This document shows, piece after piece, positions 28,516 to 37,857 of a stretch of 64,000 bases of DNA. Positions within the stretch are counted from its first letter, which is position 1. Each line of letters opens with the position of its first letter. The translations under genes and the position numbers were made by a program. Under the pieces are notes generated by a model. It searched no databases. It was not told the origin of the DNA and saw only the letters and a program-made list of their open reading frames with translations. Source of the stretch: Candidatus Moraniibacteriota bacterium. Its GTDB lineage: Bacteria > Patescibacteriota > Minisyncoccia > Moranbacterales > GWC2-37-73. The stretch covers positions 1,367 to 65,366 of the forward strand of contig DNVR01000019.1 of the NCBI GenBank assembly GCA_003507445.1, written 5' to 3'.

Positions 28516-28782
28516 TTATTTTTCTAGTTCTTTTATCTTGTTTCTTATAAATTCTCTACCACGGAAGCTTTTCAGTTGTTTTTCTCTGTCCATTGCTTCT
28601 TTCCTTGTTTCAAATTTTTCATTATAAACCAGTTTCCATTCGCCCTTATTTTTGCTTGTATACGAGGTATTTTTATTTTTCAGTATGCCGTTATGTCTCA
28701 ATAACCTTGTTTTTATGTCGTTTGTTTGGCCTATGTAAATTTTTTCATTCAAGCTATTTTTTATAGCGTATGCAAAGTACAT
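28516..28782 (-). CDS. Stand-alone GIY-YIG nuclease (UPF0213-like)
   Basis: MYFAYAI...IYIGQT...RLLRHN...EAMDREKQLKS; probable ATG at 28782. Confidence 0.9.
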   Translation of the reverse strand: MYFAYAIKNSLNEKIYIGQTNDIKTRLLRHNGILKNKNTSYTSKNKGEWKLVYNEKFETRKEAMDREKQLKSFRGREFIRNKIKELEK

Positions 28783-28794
28783 ATTTTTATAGTT

Positions 28795-28850
28795 GACCGT
28801 CGGCTTAAGAGTTCGCCAGCTGGCGAATCTACCAACTGAGCTAATAACCC
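28795..28850 (-). pseudogene. Partial tRNA-Lys copy interrupted by a palindrome
   Basis: Matches the tRNA-Lys D-arm and anticodon-loop/variable segments; TTCGCCAGCTGGCGAA replaces GCAGCGGC; no T-arm. Confidence 0.8.
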
Positions 28851-28870
28851 AATTTTTTAACAACTAGCCA

Positions 28871-28899
28871 AGTATATCAGCTTTCTTACACTTAGTCAA
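28871..28899 (-). promoter_or_regulatory. Sigma70 promoter of the GIY-YIG/tRNA cluster
   Basis: TTGACT-17 nt-TATACT with extended -10 TG on the minus strand. Confidence 0.7.
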
Positions 28900-28920
28900 T
28901 CCACATATTTAATATCTTGG

Positions 28921-30246
28921 TTAGTTTTTTTCAGCGGCTCTTGCAATATCACGCAATGTTTTTTTGTATGCTTTCCACTCATCTTCGGACCAATTTGATG
29001 GTTTGGCACTGAGGGTCGGTCCACCCGGATGTGGATATTTATAAGGCGATCCGTATGAACTGTTAAAGACATCTGTGATAAATTCACTGCCATCACTTTT
29101 GAAAACATGTTGAGTGAAGTGTGCTTTGAGTGAGCCATCAGGTTGTCTGTCTGTGGTATATGGTCCATCGACTGTAACTTTTCTCCCATCATCAGTGCCA
29201 TAAAAGCTAAAAGTAAGTTGAGTACCTTCTATTCTTGCTTGAATTAATATGTGATTTGGAGTGTTATTAAGAAATCTTAAGTCTGGATTAGGAACATATA
29301 CCGTAGCATCCATTCCTTGTGGATTGTAATATGAAACTGGATAAGCGTGATTTCTACGCGCTGTTATTTTTAAGCCAGAATAAATGGCCGCCCTAAAAGC
29401 TGTTGAAGAAACTTGGCAAATTCCTCCACCAAATTCAGGCTCCGTTACACCTTGTTTAATTACAAGTTCAGGAAGATAACCATGCTCAGCATCAACCTCG
29501 CCAAGATTTTTCACAAATGAAAATTCCTCTCCTGGTTTAATAAGCAGACCATTAAATCTTTGAGTTGCAACTTTAATGTTGAAAACTCGATTGCCAGGAG
29601 ACCCTTTAAAATTAGAAGTTCCTTCGCCGATAAGAGATGAGATTCCAAGATCATTAACATCTCCATAGTTTGTGTCGGATTTTTTTATGTCAAAAGGCAG
29701 CGCTATGATCTGCTCAGTTTTGAAATTGTATTTATTTAAAGCATCTGTGATAACTTCGAGACTTTTTTCTATGTTGAGAGTTATTCCTTTTTGAGATTCT
29801 GAAAAAGTGACAACTTTGCCATTTTCCACTTTAAATTTTGCATCTATCGGATCTTTATTTACTTTTCTCGCCAAATCTTCAAGGTAGGATTGAATAGTTT
29901 GTGTGTCTATGTTTGGCTGAGAGGATAATTGCAGGTGTTGGCGCTGAATTTTGGTGAGTGTGAGTTCACAAAAAAGTTTGTTAACCGGACAAAATGAAGA
30001 ATTTTCAAATTCTCCTTTTGCGCTTGGTGAAAGTGAAAAAGAAGTGGTATAAAAAACCCACTTATTAAGCAGATCATCCGACACAACTTCCGAATATTGA
30101 TCAACAGAAAGTGTTGTGGTTGGAACGCTGGCTATTTTTGTTACAGCTTGGTCTTCGGCAGCTGAAACTGCACAGCCAATTGTAAGAAAAATTACGATTA
30201 AAAATGCTATATAAGAATATTTACGCATAAGTTTAGCATACTGCAA
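28921..30246 (-). CDS. VanW-family protein
   Basis: IKPGEEFSF, GGGICQVSST, RRNH, GMDATV, DLRFLN; N-terminal signal or TM. Confidence 0.9.
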   Translation of the reverse strand: MQYAKLMRKYSYIAFLIVIFLTIGCAVSAAEDQAVTKIASVPTTTLSVDQYSEVVSDDLLNKWVFYTTSFSLSPSAKGEFENSSFCPVNKLFCELTLTKIQRQHLQLSSQPNIDTQTIQSYLEDLARKVNKDPIDAKFKVENGKVVTFSESQKGITLNIEKSLEVITDALNKYNFKTEQIIALPFDIKKSDTNYGDVNDLGISSLIGEGTSNFKGSPGNRVFNIKVATQRFNGLLIKPGEEFSFVKNLGEVDAEHGYLPELVIKQGVTEPEFGGGICQVSSTAFRAAIYSGLKITARRNHAYPVSYYNPQGMDATVYVPNPDLRFLNNTPNHILIQARIEGTQLTFSFYGTDDGRKVTVDGPYTTDRQPDGSLKAHFTQHVFKSDGSEFITDVFNSSYGSPYKYPHPGGPTLSAKPSNWSEDEWKAYKKTLRDIARAAEKN

Positions 30247-30393
30247 AATTTGGAATATAACAAGAGTAAAGGCAGGTTTTAGGTTCTAGGTATTAGTCTC
30301 TAGAATTTTTTATTAATTAAATAAAAAAGAAGACAACCTGTCTTCTTTTTTATATAAACCTAGCACCTAGAACCTAATACCTGGAACCTGTCT

Positions 30394-30903
30394 TTAGAAT
30401 CCGCGAACTTGAATACGTTTAATTTTTGTTGTGTCTGCTTTTGGTAGACGGATAGTTAAGATGCCATTTTTAAGTGATGCTTCTGCTTTGTCAGAAATGA
30501 TATCGACAGGAAGAACAACAGAGCGTGAGAAATGACCCCAATAACATTCTTGGTAATAATAGTTTTCGCCGTTTACAATTTCTTCGTTCTTTCTTTCTCC
30601 CTTGATGGTTACCATATCGTTGTTAATCGAAACATCCAAATCTTCAGGCTTCACACCTGCAATGGTTGATTTGATAACAATTTCGGTGTCAGTTTGGTAT
30701 ACATCAATTGTGAGCTGACCTTCTGCGTCAGAAGAAAAATTTTCTTCCTCCACAAAAACAGAGCGTTGAGGTTGAGCGTTCATAATCATTTCAGTTTCTT
30801 CCTCTTCGGCATAGATAGGCATAGTCGATTCTCTTCGCTCGTCTGGCTCAATTGATGTTGCTCCAGTTACGCGCTCAAAAAATGATTTTTTTGTTTTCAA
30901 CAT
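30394..30903 (-). CDS. Hsp20/alpha-crystallin small heat-shock protein
   Basis: IDVYQT...GVKPEDLDV...GHFSRSVVLP...NGILTIRLPK. Confidence 0.93.
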   Translation of the reverse strand: MLKTKKSFFERVTGATSIEPDERRESTMPIYAEEEETEMIMNAQPQRSVFVEEENFSSDAEGQLTIDVYQTDTEIVIKSTIAGVKPEDLDVSINNDMVTIKGERKNEEIVNGENYYYQECYWGHFSRSVVLPVDIISDKAEASLKNGILTIRLPKADTTKIKRIQVRGF

Positions 30904-31022
30904 AATAAATTTTATGTAAACCCTTGATCAAAATGACCACTGATTTCCCCCTGTTTAAAAATTAAGTTATATGAATATTATATGATGATTTTCAGTCCCG
31001 CGCAAGACCCGTCACTCAAGAG

Positions 31023-31598
31023 CTACGAGTTAAGTTTTTTGTTGATCCTGATGAAATTTATAATATTAATAAGAATCAAAAGTCCAAGTAAGGCAAAAAT
31101 TGCGTAATTTAAGATAGGCGTGCGATTTAGGATTAAAAGGTTATATGCGCTATGGAAAAAAACGACTAGCATTATGGCTTGGATAGCCGTGCTTAGCCTT
31201 TTTGGGTTTTTTATTGCAGTGATATATCCAATAAGACCGGCAGTTCCAATGTGGATGGTTGCAATTTCAGCTAAAAACTTAACATCAGGAATAATACCTG
31301 TTGCTATTATTAAAATCAGTTCAACTGAAAAAAATCCAAGACCAACCAAAAATGAATTTGTAAGATATGATCTTCCAAGAGACAACATTTCTATTCGCCT
31401 GGAAATTACAATATATTTAAAAACTTCTTCCACAAAAACCCCGATGATAATAAACTGGGGGATTATAAAAAGCTCCAAAAAAGAAATGTTAGATGGCTGG
31501 CTGGATCGCATTGAAAAACCGATAAAAATTATTAGCTCCACAATAAGCGCGCCCAATGCTGCGATTATTCCCCAGAAAAATGATTCAAGTTTATGCAT
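31023..31598 (-). CDS. PrsW-like intramembrane metalloprotease
   Basis: Multi-TM with EEVFK, GLGFFSVE and HSAYN motifs. Confidence 0.7.
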   Translation of the reverse strand: MHKLESFFWGIIAALGALIVELIIFIGFSMRSSQPSNISFLELFIIPQFIIIGVFVEEVFKYIVISRRIEMLSLGRSYLTNSFLVGLGFFSVELILIIATGIIPDVKFLAEIATIHIGTAGLIGYITAIKNPKRLSTAIQAIMLVVFFHSAYNLLILNRTPILNYAIFALLGLLILINIINFIRINKKLNS

Positions 31599-31654
31599 AG
31601 AACCAATACTAAACTACGAAATTAATACGAATCTACAAAGATCATTTTTGATGT

Positions 31655-34267
31655 TTATTGCAAAGATGCTAAATGCTTTTTGAGCTCAGCTAATTCAACT
31701 TGTTTTTTGGCTAGAGTTTCTTTTTGTTGAGAAATCACTTGCTCAGGAGCCTTGGACACAAATTCCTTGTTGCCAAGTCTTGCTGCTGAGCCAGCGATAA
31801 ATTTTTCAAGGTTAGCTATTTCTTTTTCAGCTTTGTTTTTTTCTTTTTCAACATCAACAAGACCATCAAGCGGAATTTTTATGATACATTCTCCCACAAC
31901 TCTCTGAATGAAATCGCCAATAAGTATCTCGTTAAATTTGATAACAGAAACTCCTGCTGATTTTTTTATAAAATCTGCGTTGTTTGATATTACTTTTTTG
32001 GATAATTCAGAAGTTGTTTCTACCCAAAGTTCTATTTTTTTGGCGGATTCTATGTTTTTTTCTTTTCTGACATTTCGTATTGTTTTGTTGAGTGATAATA
32101 CAAATGGAAAATATGAAGAGGTTTTTGCCTGCTTGTTTTCTTCGTAAGCTGGCCATTCAGAAATCATCAGCAATTCCTTCTCTCCTGCCAAAGTCCAAAT
32201 GTGTTCCGTCACGAATGGAATAAAAGGATGCCACAATTTGAGCAATTTGTCTAAAACATATCCCAGCATCTTGTCGTTTTTTTCTATTTTTTGAGCTTCA
32301 ATATATCCATCTGCAAATGAATTCCAAGTGAAAGTTTTTAATAAATCAGCTGCAACAGAGATTTGTTTGCTTTCAAATAGTTGATTTGTTTTTCCGATTA
32401 ATTCGTTTAAGCTGTCAGTAATCCAGCGGTCTGCTTCAGAGTTTATATCTTCCTTCGAAATTTCTTCAACTAATTTGAAATTTTCTTGTGAGAGGCAATA
32501 GCGCGAAATGTTCCAAAGTTTGTTGGCAAAATTTCTGAAGGTTTCAATTTTTTCTTCGTATAGACGTGAGTTTTGACCAGGAGCAGAGTCCATAATAAGG
32601 CTCATACGCAATGCATCGGCGCCAAATTTTTCAATAACAGTGAGTGGATCAATCCCATTTCCTCTTGATTTGGAAAATTTGTGTCCATCTTTGTCCAGCA
32701 CTAGTCCAGTGAAAAATAAATTTTTAAAAGGTATTTTTCCTGTCGTATAAAGACTCATCATTATCATTCGCGATGACCAGAAGAATAGAAGATCGCGTCC
32801 CATAACCATTGTGTTTGTTGGATAAAAAGTTTCAAAATCTTTTTCTTTTGATTTTAGTGTAGTGTAAGCCCATTGCCCAGAGGTAAACCAAGTATCAAAA
32901 GTATTTTCATCTCGAGTTAATTTTTTTCCTTGGCAATGAGGACAAGTAGTTGGTTTTTCAAGTGAAACAATATATTTTTCTTGACCGCAATTTTCGCAAT
33001 ACCAAACAGGGAATTGTGGTCCCCACCAAATTTGGCGAGAAATGCACCAGTCGCGCATATTATCAAACCAGTCGATGAGAATTTTTTGAAAATTATTTGG
33101 AAAAATTTCAATTTCATTTTTTTTGATAGCTTCAATCGCTTTCTTTTTTAATGAAAAGTTTTTAGCATCAACATTAATAAACCACTGACTTGAAGTCAAA
33201 GGTTCAATGATGGTTTTGCAACGTTCGCAAATTGAAACGCTGTGCGTCATTTCCTCAATTTTTTCTAGTAAGTTTAATTTTTCTAAATCTTTGACAATTT
33301 CTTCTCTTGCTTCATGTGTGGTAAGTCCTGCATATTTTCCGCCAAGTTCTGTGATCAGTGATTTTTCATCAATAATTTGAATTTCATCTAGTTTGTGATC
33401 CTTGCCGATTTCCCAGTCGAGAGGATCGTGTGAGGGTGTGATTTTTACAGCCCCAGTTCCAAAAGATAAATCAATGCGCTTGTCTGCAATGATTGGGATG
33501 ATTGTGTTTTGCAATGGCAGGACAACATTTTTTCCAACTAATTTTAAATAGCGTTTGTCTTTGGGGTTAACTGCCACTGCAGTGTCTCCCAACATTGTTT
33601 CAGGACGCGTGGTTGCAACTGTAATAAATTCGTTTGAATTTTCAATTGGATATTTGATAAAATATAATTTCCCAGGAGTTTCCTTGTGCAGAACTTCCAC
33701 ATCAGAAAGAGCAGTGCCGCAGCGCGGGCACCAATTGATGATTCTTTTACCTTTATAAATCAAACCGTCTTCGTGCATTTTCACAAAAGTTTCAAGTGCG
33801 GTTTTGAGCACATCAGGGTCAAGCGTGAATTTTTCTCGTGACCAATCAGCAGAGATGCCAATCTTTTTTTCTTGGCTACGCATATAGTTGGCGCGATCAA
33901 TACAAAAGGCATAAGTTTTTTTGTAAAAATCTTCTCGTCCAATTTCTTGGCGAGAAAGTCCAAGTTCGGCTTGCAATTTTTTTTCAAAAACAACTTGAGT
34001 TTGAATCCCAGCATGATCTTTCCCAGGCAAAAGTAAAGTTTTTTTGCCGTTCATTCGAGCGTAGCGACCAAAAATATCCATCACAGTGTATCCACTGGCA
34101 TGCCCGATGTGCAGTTCGCCGTTAGCATTTGGTGGTGGAAGAATGTTGCAATAGTTCCCACTCGTATTTTTCAGATTTTCCGGCGCAAAAAAACCGCTCT
34201 TTTCCCAGCGCGCATAAATTTCATTCTCAACTTTTTGCGGTTCATATATTTTTGGAAGTTCTTTCAT
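31655..34267 (-). CDS. valS: Valine--tRNA ligase
   Basis: PPPNANGELHIGH, DHAGIQTQ, ATTRPET, DWCISRQ, KFSKS, C-terminal coiled coil. Confidence 0.97.
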   Translation of the reverse strand: MKELPKIYEPQKVENEIYARWEKSGFFAPENLKNTSGNYCNILPPPNANGELHIGHASGYTVMDIFGRYARMNGKKTLLLPGKDHAGIQTQVVFEKKLQAELGLSRQEIGREDFYKKTYAFCIDRANYMRSQEKKIGISADWSREKFTLDPDVLKTALETFVKMHEDGLIYKGKRIINWCPRCGTALSDVEVLHKETPGKLYFIKYPIENSNEFITVATTRPETMLGDTAVAVNPKDKRYLKLVGKNVVLPLQNTIIPIIADKRIDLSFGTGAVKITPSHDPLDWEIGKDHKLDEIQIIDEKSLITELGGKYAGLTTHEAREEIVKDLEKLNLLEKIEEMTHSVSICERCKTIIEPLTSSQWFINVDAKNFSLKKKAIEAIKKNEIEIFPNNFQKILIDWFDNMRDWCISRQIWWGPQFPVWYCENCGQEKYIVSLEKPTTCPHCQGKKLTRDENTFDTWFTSGQWAYTTLKSKEKDFETFYPTNTMVMGRDLLFFWSSRMIMMSLYTTGKIPFKNLFFTGLVLDKDGHKFSKSRGNGIDPLTVIEKFGADALRMSLIMDSAPGQNSRLYEEKIETFRNFANKLWNISRYCLSQENFKLVEEISKEDINSEADRWITDSLNELIGKTNQLFESKQISVAADLLKTFTWNSFADGYIEAQKIEKNDKMLGYVLDKLLKLWHPFIPFVTEHIWTLAGEKELLMISEWPAYEENKQAKTSSYFPFVLSLNKTIRNVRKEKNIESAKKIELWVETTSELSKKVISNNADFIKKSAGVSVIKFNEILIGDFIQRVVGECIIKIPLDGLVDVEKEKNKAEKEIANLEKFIAGSAARLGNKEFVSKAPEQVISQQKETLAKKQVELAELKKHLASLQ

Positions 34268-34376
34268 GTTTTTTCTTTATATAAAAGCTTTAATATGTAT
34301 CTATCTTAGCAGGATAAGGGATATTTTTCAAGAATGTAAATGCGGAAAGGGCGATTGTGATACAATCGCCCTTTTT

Positions 34377-34700
34377 TTAGGGTTGCGTTAATTCCTCAAT
34401 TATCGCATCTCTTAGCTCCTGCGAAAGTGAGGACTTTTGAATTTGCAACACAAATAATTCAATGTCTTTTCCGAGAGTCTCCGTTATGAATGTTGACAGG
34501 AGAATTTGAGGTTGCAAATCTTTGCTGTCGGAAAATATTTCTCCGAGCTGTTGAATGTAATGGCCTGTAGCATTCATTGCTACATCTTTCTTAAATATGC
34601 CAGCACATTCATTGATGGATCTGATTAGTGAGGGATCTCCATTAGTAACCACATAGACTTGATAAAGCATTCTTGCAATCGTGCTCATTTTAGGTCTCAT
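34377..34700 (-). CDS. Hypothetical protein
   Basis: SD AGGAGG; terminator hairpin at about 34346-34378. Confidence 0.6.
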   Translation of the reverse strand: MRPKMSTIARMLYQVYVVTNGDPSLIRSINECAGIFKKDVAMNATGHYIQQLGEIFSDSKDLQPQILLSTFITETLGKDIELFVLQIQKSSLSQELRDAIIEELTQP

Positions 34701-34760
34701 GTCGACCCTCCTTTTAAGTTGCTAGTATCATGGTATATCTATATCTATCTTTGCACATAT

Positions 34761-35927
34761 CTATTTCATTTTCAAGTTGGCAGCTGGCTGAATTGTTTTC
34801 CAACCATCAAGAGCCTTTTTCTTTTGCACTTCTGACATTTTTTCCCAGCGAAAAGATGTTGCAGCTGCAATCATGGCAGCATTGTCGCCAGTCAGATTGG
34901 TATTTGGTATTTGGTATTTGGTATTTGGCAGAGATTGTTGAATTGCGATTTGCAATTGCTCGCGAAGTTCGGTGTTGGCGCTGACGCCTCCGGCCAGTAA
35001 AATTGTTTTAGGATTGTAAAGCTCAGCAGCTTTCAAGGTTTTTGCAATAAGAACATCTATACAGGCTTGTTGAAATTCGTGGCAAACTTCGGCAATATAT
35101 TTTTTATTTTTCAATAAATCAGGATTCTTTTTCGTTTCATATAAAACAGCAGTCTTGAGCCCAGAAAAAGAAAAATTAAAATTTTTCTTGTGCAGCATCG
35201 GACGAGGGAATTTTATTTCATATTTTGAATTACTTTCAACTTTCAACTTTCGACTTTTAACTTGTGTCGCACATCGTGCGACAGCTGGACCACCTGGGTA
35301 ACCTATATTTAAAATGCGGGCGACCTTGTCAAAAGCTTCTCCAACTGCATCATCCACGGTTTGTCCGATTATTTCATATTGCAAATGATCTTTCATTAAA
35401 ATAAGTTGTGTATGACCGCCCGATACGACCAAGCATAAAATTGGGAAATTAATTTTTGGTGATTTTCGATTTTCGATTTTCGATTTTCGATTGGTTATTT
35501 TTGGATTTTCAATCGCCAATCGTAATTCGTCATTTGACAATTGTTTTATGAAATTGGCGTAGATGTGTCCCTCAATATGATGAATTCCAATTAGGGGCTT
35601 TTCCCAGAGATAGGAGAGGGTTTTGGCATAGTTAACCCCCACTAGAAGTGCAGGAATAAGCCCAGGACCACTTGTGACACTGATTGCATCCAACTGGCTT
35701 GGCGTTATTTGCGCCTCTTCCAGAGCCATTTTCAGAAGCTTGGGGAAGTTTTTGAGGTGTTCTCTGGCTGCAAGATTTGGCACAACTCCGCCCCATTTGG
35801 CATGTAATTTTACTTGAGATGAAACTTGGTTTGTAAGAACCCTGAGCCCCTTTTTTGAACTGCACAAAATAGCGATAGCTGTTTCATCGCAGGAGGTTTC
35901 TATGGAAAGTATTAGGGTATTTGACAT
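34761..35927 (-). CDS. tsaD: t6A synthase TsaD with repeat-derived insertions
   Basis: IETSCDET, GPGL, HHIEGH, VSGGHT, GEAFDK, SFSGLKT, DNAAMIA. Confidence 0.96.
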   Translation of the reverse strand: MSNTLILSIETSCDETAIAILCSSKKGLRVLTNQVSSQVKLHAKWGGVVPNLAAREHLKNFPKLLKMALEEAQITPSQLDAISVTSGPGLIPALLVGVNYAKTLSYLWEKPLIGIHHIEGHIYANFIKQLSNDELRLAIENPKITNRKSKIENRKSPKINFPILCLVVSGGHTQLILMKDHLQYEIIGQTVDDAVGEAFDKVARILNIGYPGGPAVARCATQVKSRKLKVESNSKYEIKFPRPMLHKKNFNFSFSGLKTAVLYETKKNPDLLKNKKYIAEVCHEFQQACIDVLIAKTLKAAELYNPKTILLAGGVSANTELREQLQIAIQQSLPNTKYQIPNTNLTGDNAAMIAAATSFRWEKMSEVQKKKALDGWKTIQPAANLKMK

Positions 35928-36032
35928 AAGTATGGTATTATTGTAGTATTCAACTTCCAATTAATGGCTTTGGGACACAATAATTTTCAGACGTTTCGCG
36001 TAGTAGTAATAATCGTTAAGCGATTTTACCAT

Positions 36033-36806
36033 ATGGCAACGAAAATGAAAAGCCTAATCAAAAAGCCGATTTTGCGCAGCACTGCGCTTTTGCAAGGCGC
36101 TGCCAAACAACCAATTCTCTTTAGACGTAAGAACGATTTGTCCTGGAAAAATTCTGATTCGCAGACAATTCTGAAAGAAGTTTTGGTGCAACAAGACAGC
36201 CCAATTTTTTTCAGAAGAAATGCTGATTTGGATCGCTTGAAAGATTTGAGCGACAATGATCTTATCGTTGTTATCCGCGCGCAAAACAGGGAAGCATACA
36301 AGGAACTTTTTGCTCGTTATCAAAAAAAACTCTTCGTCTATATTTTTCATTTGGTTGGAAACAGAGATGAAACTGAGGATATTTTGCAGAATGTTTTTTC
36401 CAAGACATATAAAAGCATTGAACATTTTGATACTGCACGAAAATTTTCTTCTTGGATATATCGTATCGCGCACAACGAGTCAGTGAATTTTTTGAAAAGA
36501 AAAAGCAAGAGATATACAGTTTCTTGGGATGACATTTCAACAAGCAAGGACAAATTGGACACAGCAACAAATGAAGAGCGACCTGAAGAAAAAATGGAGC
36601 ATCAAGAAATCGTGAAAGAAATAGACTACGCTTTGAAAAAAATTCCTGCAAGGTATCAAAAAGTTTTGCAGATGCGATATTTTGACGAATATTCTTACGA
36701 AGAAATTGGAAAAATTCTCAAAAAACCCGTTAACACAGTCGGAACACTCATCAATAGAGCCAAAAAGAAGCTGCTTGAAGTGGTGCAGGAAGAAGAGCGA
36801 AAATAG
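36033..36806 (+). CDS. ECF RNA polymerase sigma factor (paralog of 10461) with N-terminal extension
   Basis: FSSWIYRIAHN and YEEIGKILKKPVNTVGTLINRAK; start uncertain. Confidence 0.88.
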   Translation: MATKMKSLIKKPILRSTALLQGAAKQPILFRRKNDLSWKNSDSQTILKEVLVQQDSPIFFRRNADLDRLKDLSDNDLIVVIRAQNREAYKELFARYQKKLFVYIFHLVGNRDETEDILQNVFSKTYKSIEHFDTARKFSSWIYRIAHNESVNFLKRKSKRYTVSWDDISTSKDKLDTATNEERPEEKMEHQEIVKEIDYALKKIPARYQKVLQMRYFDEYSYEEIGKILKKPVNTVGTLINRAKKKLLEVVQEEERK

Positions 36807-36893
36807 TTAAACTATTGATTTATTTTTTGTTTGTGTTAAACTATCCACTGTTACTGTTTTAAAGGCTTTTTGAGCTTTTTTTATTTAAATAAT

Positions 36894-36965
36894 GGCGCCA
36901 TCGTCTAGTGGTTAGGACACCAGGTTTTCATCCTGGTAACAGGGGTCCGATTCCCCTTGGCGCTA
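36894..36965 (+). tRNA. tRNA-Glu(TTC)
   Basis: Anticodon arm CCAGG-TTTTCAT-CCTGG; T-loop reads TCCGATT. Confidence 0.9.
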
Positions 36966-36973
36966 CACTCTTC

Positions 36974-37001
36974 AAAAAGAGGCTTGTAAAGCCTCTTTTT
37001 T
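36974..37001 (+). terminator. Rho-independent terminator
   Basis: AAAAAGAGGCTT-gt-AAAGCCTCTTTTT. Confidence 0.75.
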
Positions 37002-37102
37002 GTATTGACTAATTAGCCAAAATATGCTATTCTTATGCGTTGTACCTGAACAAAAGAATATTCAATTCACATATTCCAAACAACCACGAAAAGGAGAATG
37101 TC

Positions 37103-37843
37103 ATGGACAAAAAATTAGTGGAAAAGAGAAATTCTTTCATTACAGTAGCGGTTGAAAATGCATCCCTTCAAGCACTTGTTGCACTCGTGCTTGCGCCTGC
37201 CACAATGGCGCAGAAAGTCGACAATGAAATCAAGAAAAGGATTTCTGAAGACGGAAACGATTGCAAGGAAATTCCTCACTGGATTAAACTTTTCACTTCG
37301 ATGGGTTCAACACTTGCAGACACGCACACGAAAGATTTCTTCAAGGTTCTTCACGATAGTGACTATGCCTTCTCCATGATTGACCTGAAAAACTTTCTGT
37401 TTGCCTTCGGCATCGGAAGGAGCCACAGCGACAAGGTCAACAAGCTTTTCCTTCAGCACGAACACACCAGCGAAAGTGATATACTCGAAGTTATCGACAA
37501 ACTTTCGCCCATGAGCCGTGAGTATTTTTTCAAGAAATACCTGCCCGAAGGACGACTTTCAAGACTTGGTTATGCTCACTGCATGAAGTACCGAGAAATT
37601 GGCAGTGACGCTATGAAAAGTTTCGAAAGTATATCCAGTGAAAATGATGACATGGAAGAGTTGAAGAAGCACATGCTCGCAGCTCTCTGCAACAGGGACA
37701 TCCACGAGAATGTCTTCGATTTCATGCTCACACTGAAAATGCTTTCGCGGGAGGAAGTGACTGCTCTCTCCGAGCAAGACGGTATGAAACAGCTCGCGAA
37801 ACGCGCTCTAAAAAACAATTTGGAACCTCGTGAAGAGGATTAG
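37103..37843 (+). CDS. Hypothetical protein
   Basis: ATG at 37103 with SD AGGAGA; upstream TTGACT...TATTCT promoter-like sequence. Confidence 0.65.
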   Translation: MDKKLVEKRNSFITVAVENASLQALVALVLAPATMAQKVDNEIKKRISEDGNDCKEIPHWIKLFTSMGSTLADTHTKDFFKVLHDSDYAFSMIDLKNFLFAFGIGRSHSDKVNKLFLQHEHTSESDILEVIDKLSPMSREYFFKKYLPEGRLSRLGYAHCMKYREIGSDAMKSFESISSENDDMEELKKHMLAALCNRDIHENVFDFMLTLKMLSREEVTALSEQDGMKQLAKRALKNNLEPREED

Positions 37844-37857
37844 AAAGGGAGAGCATT

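Noticed and set aside
28783-28863. N-terminal extension of the GIY-YIG ORF in the ORF track
   Set aside because: It runs through the tRNA-Lys fragment; the family motif starts at ATG 28782.
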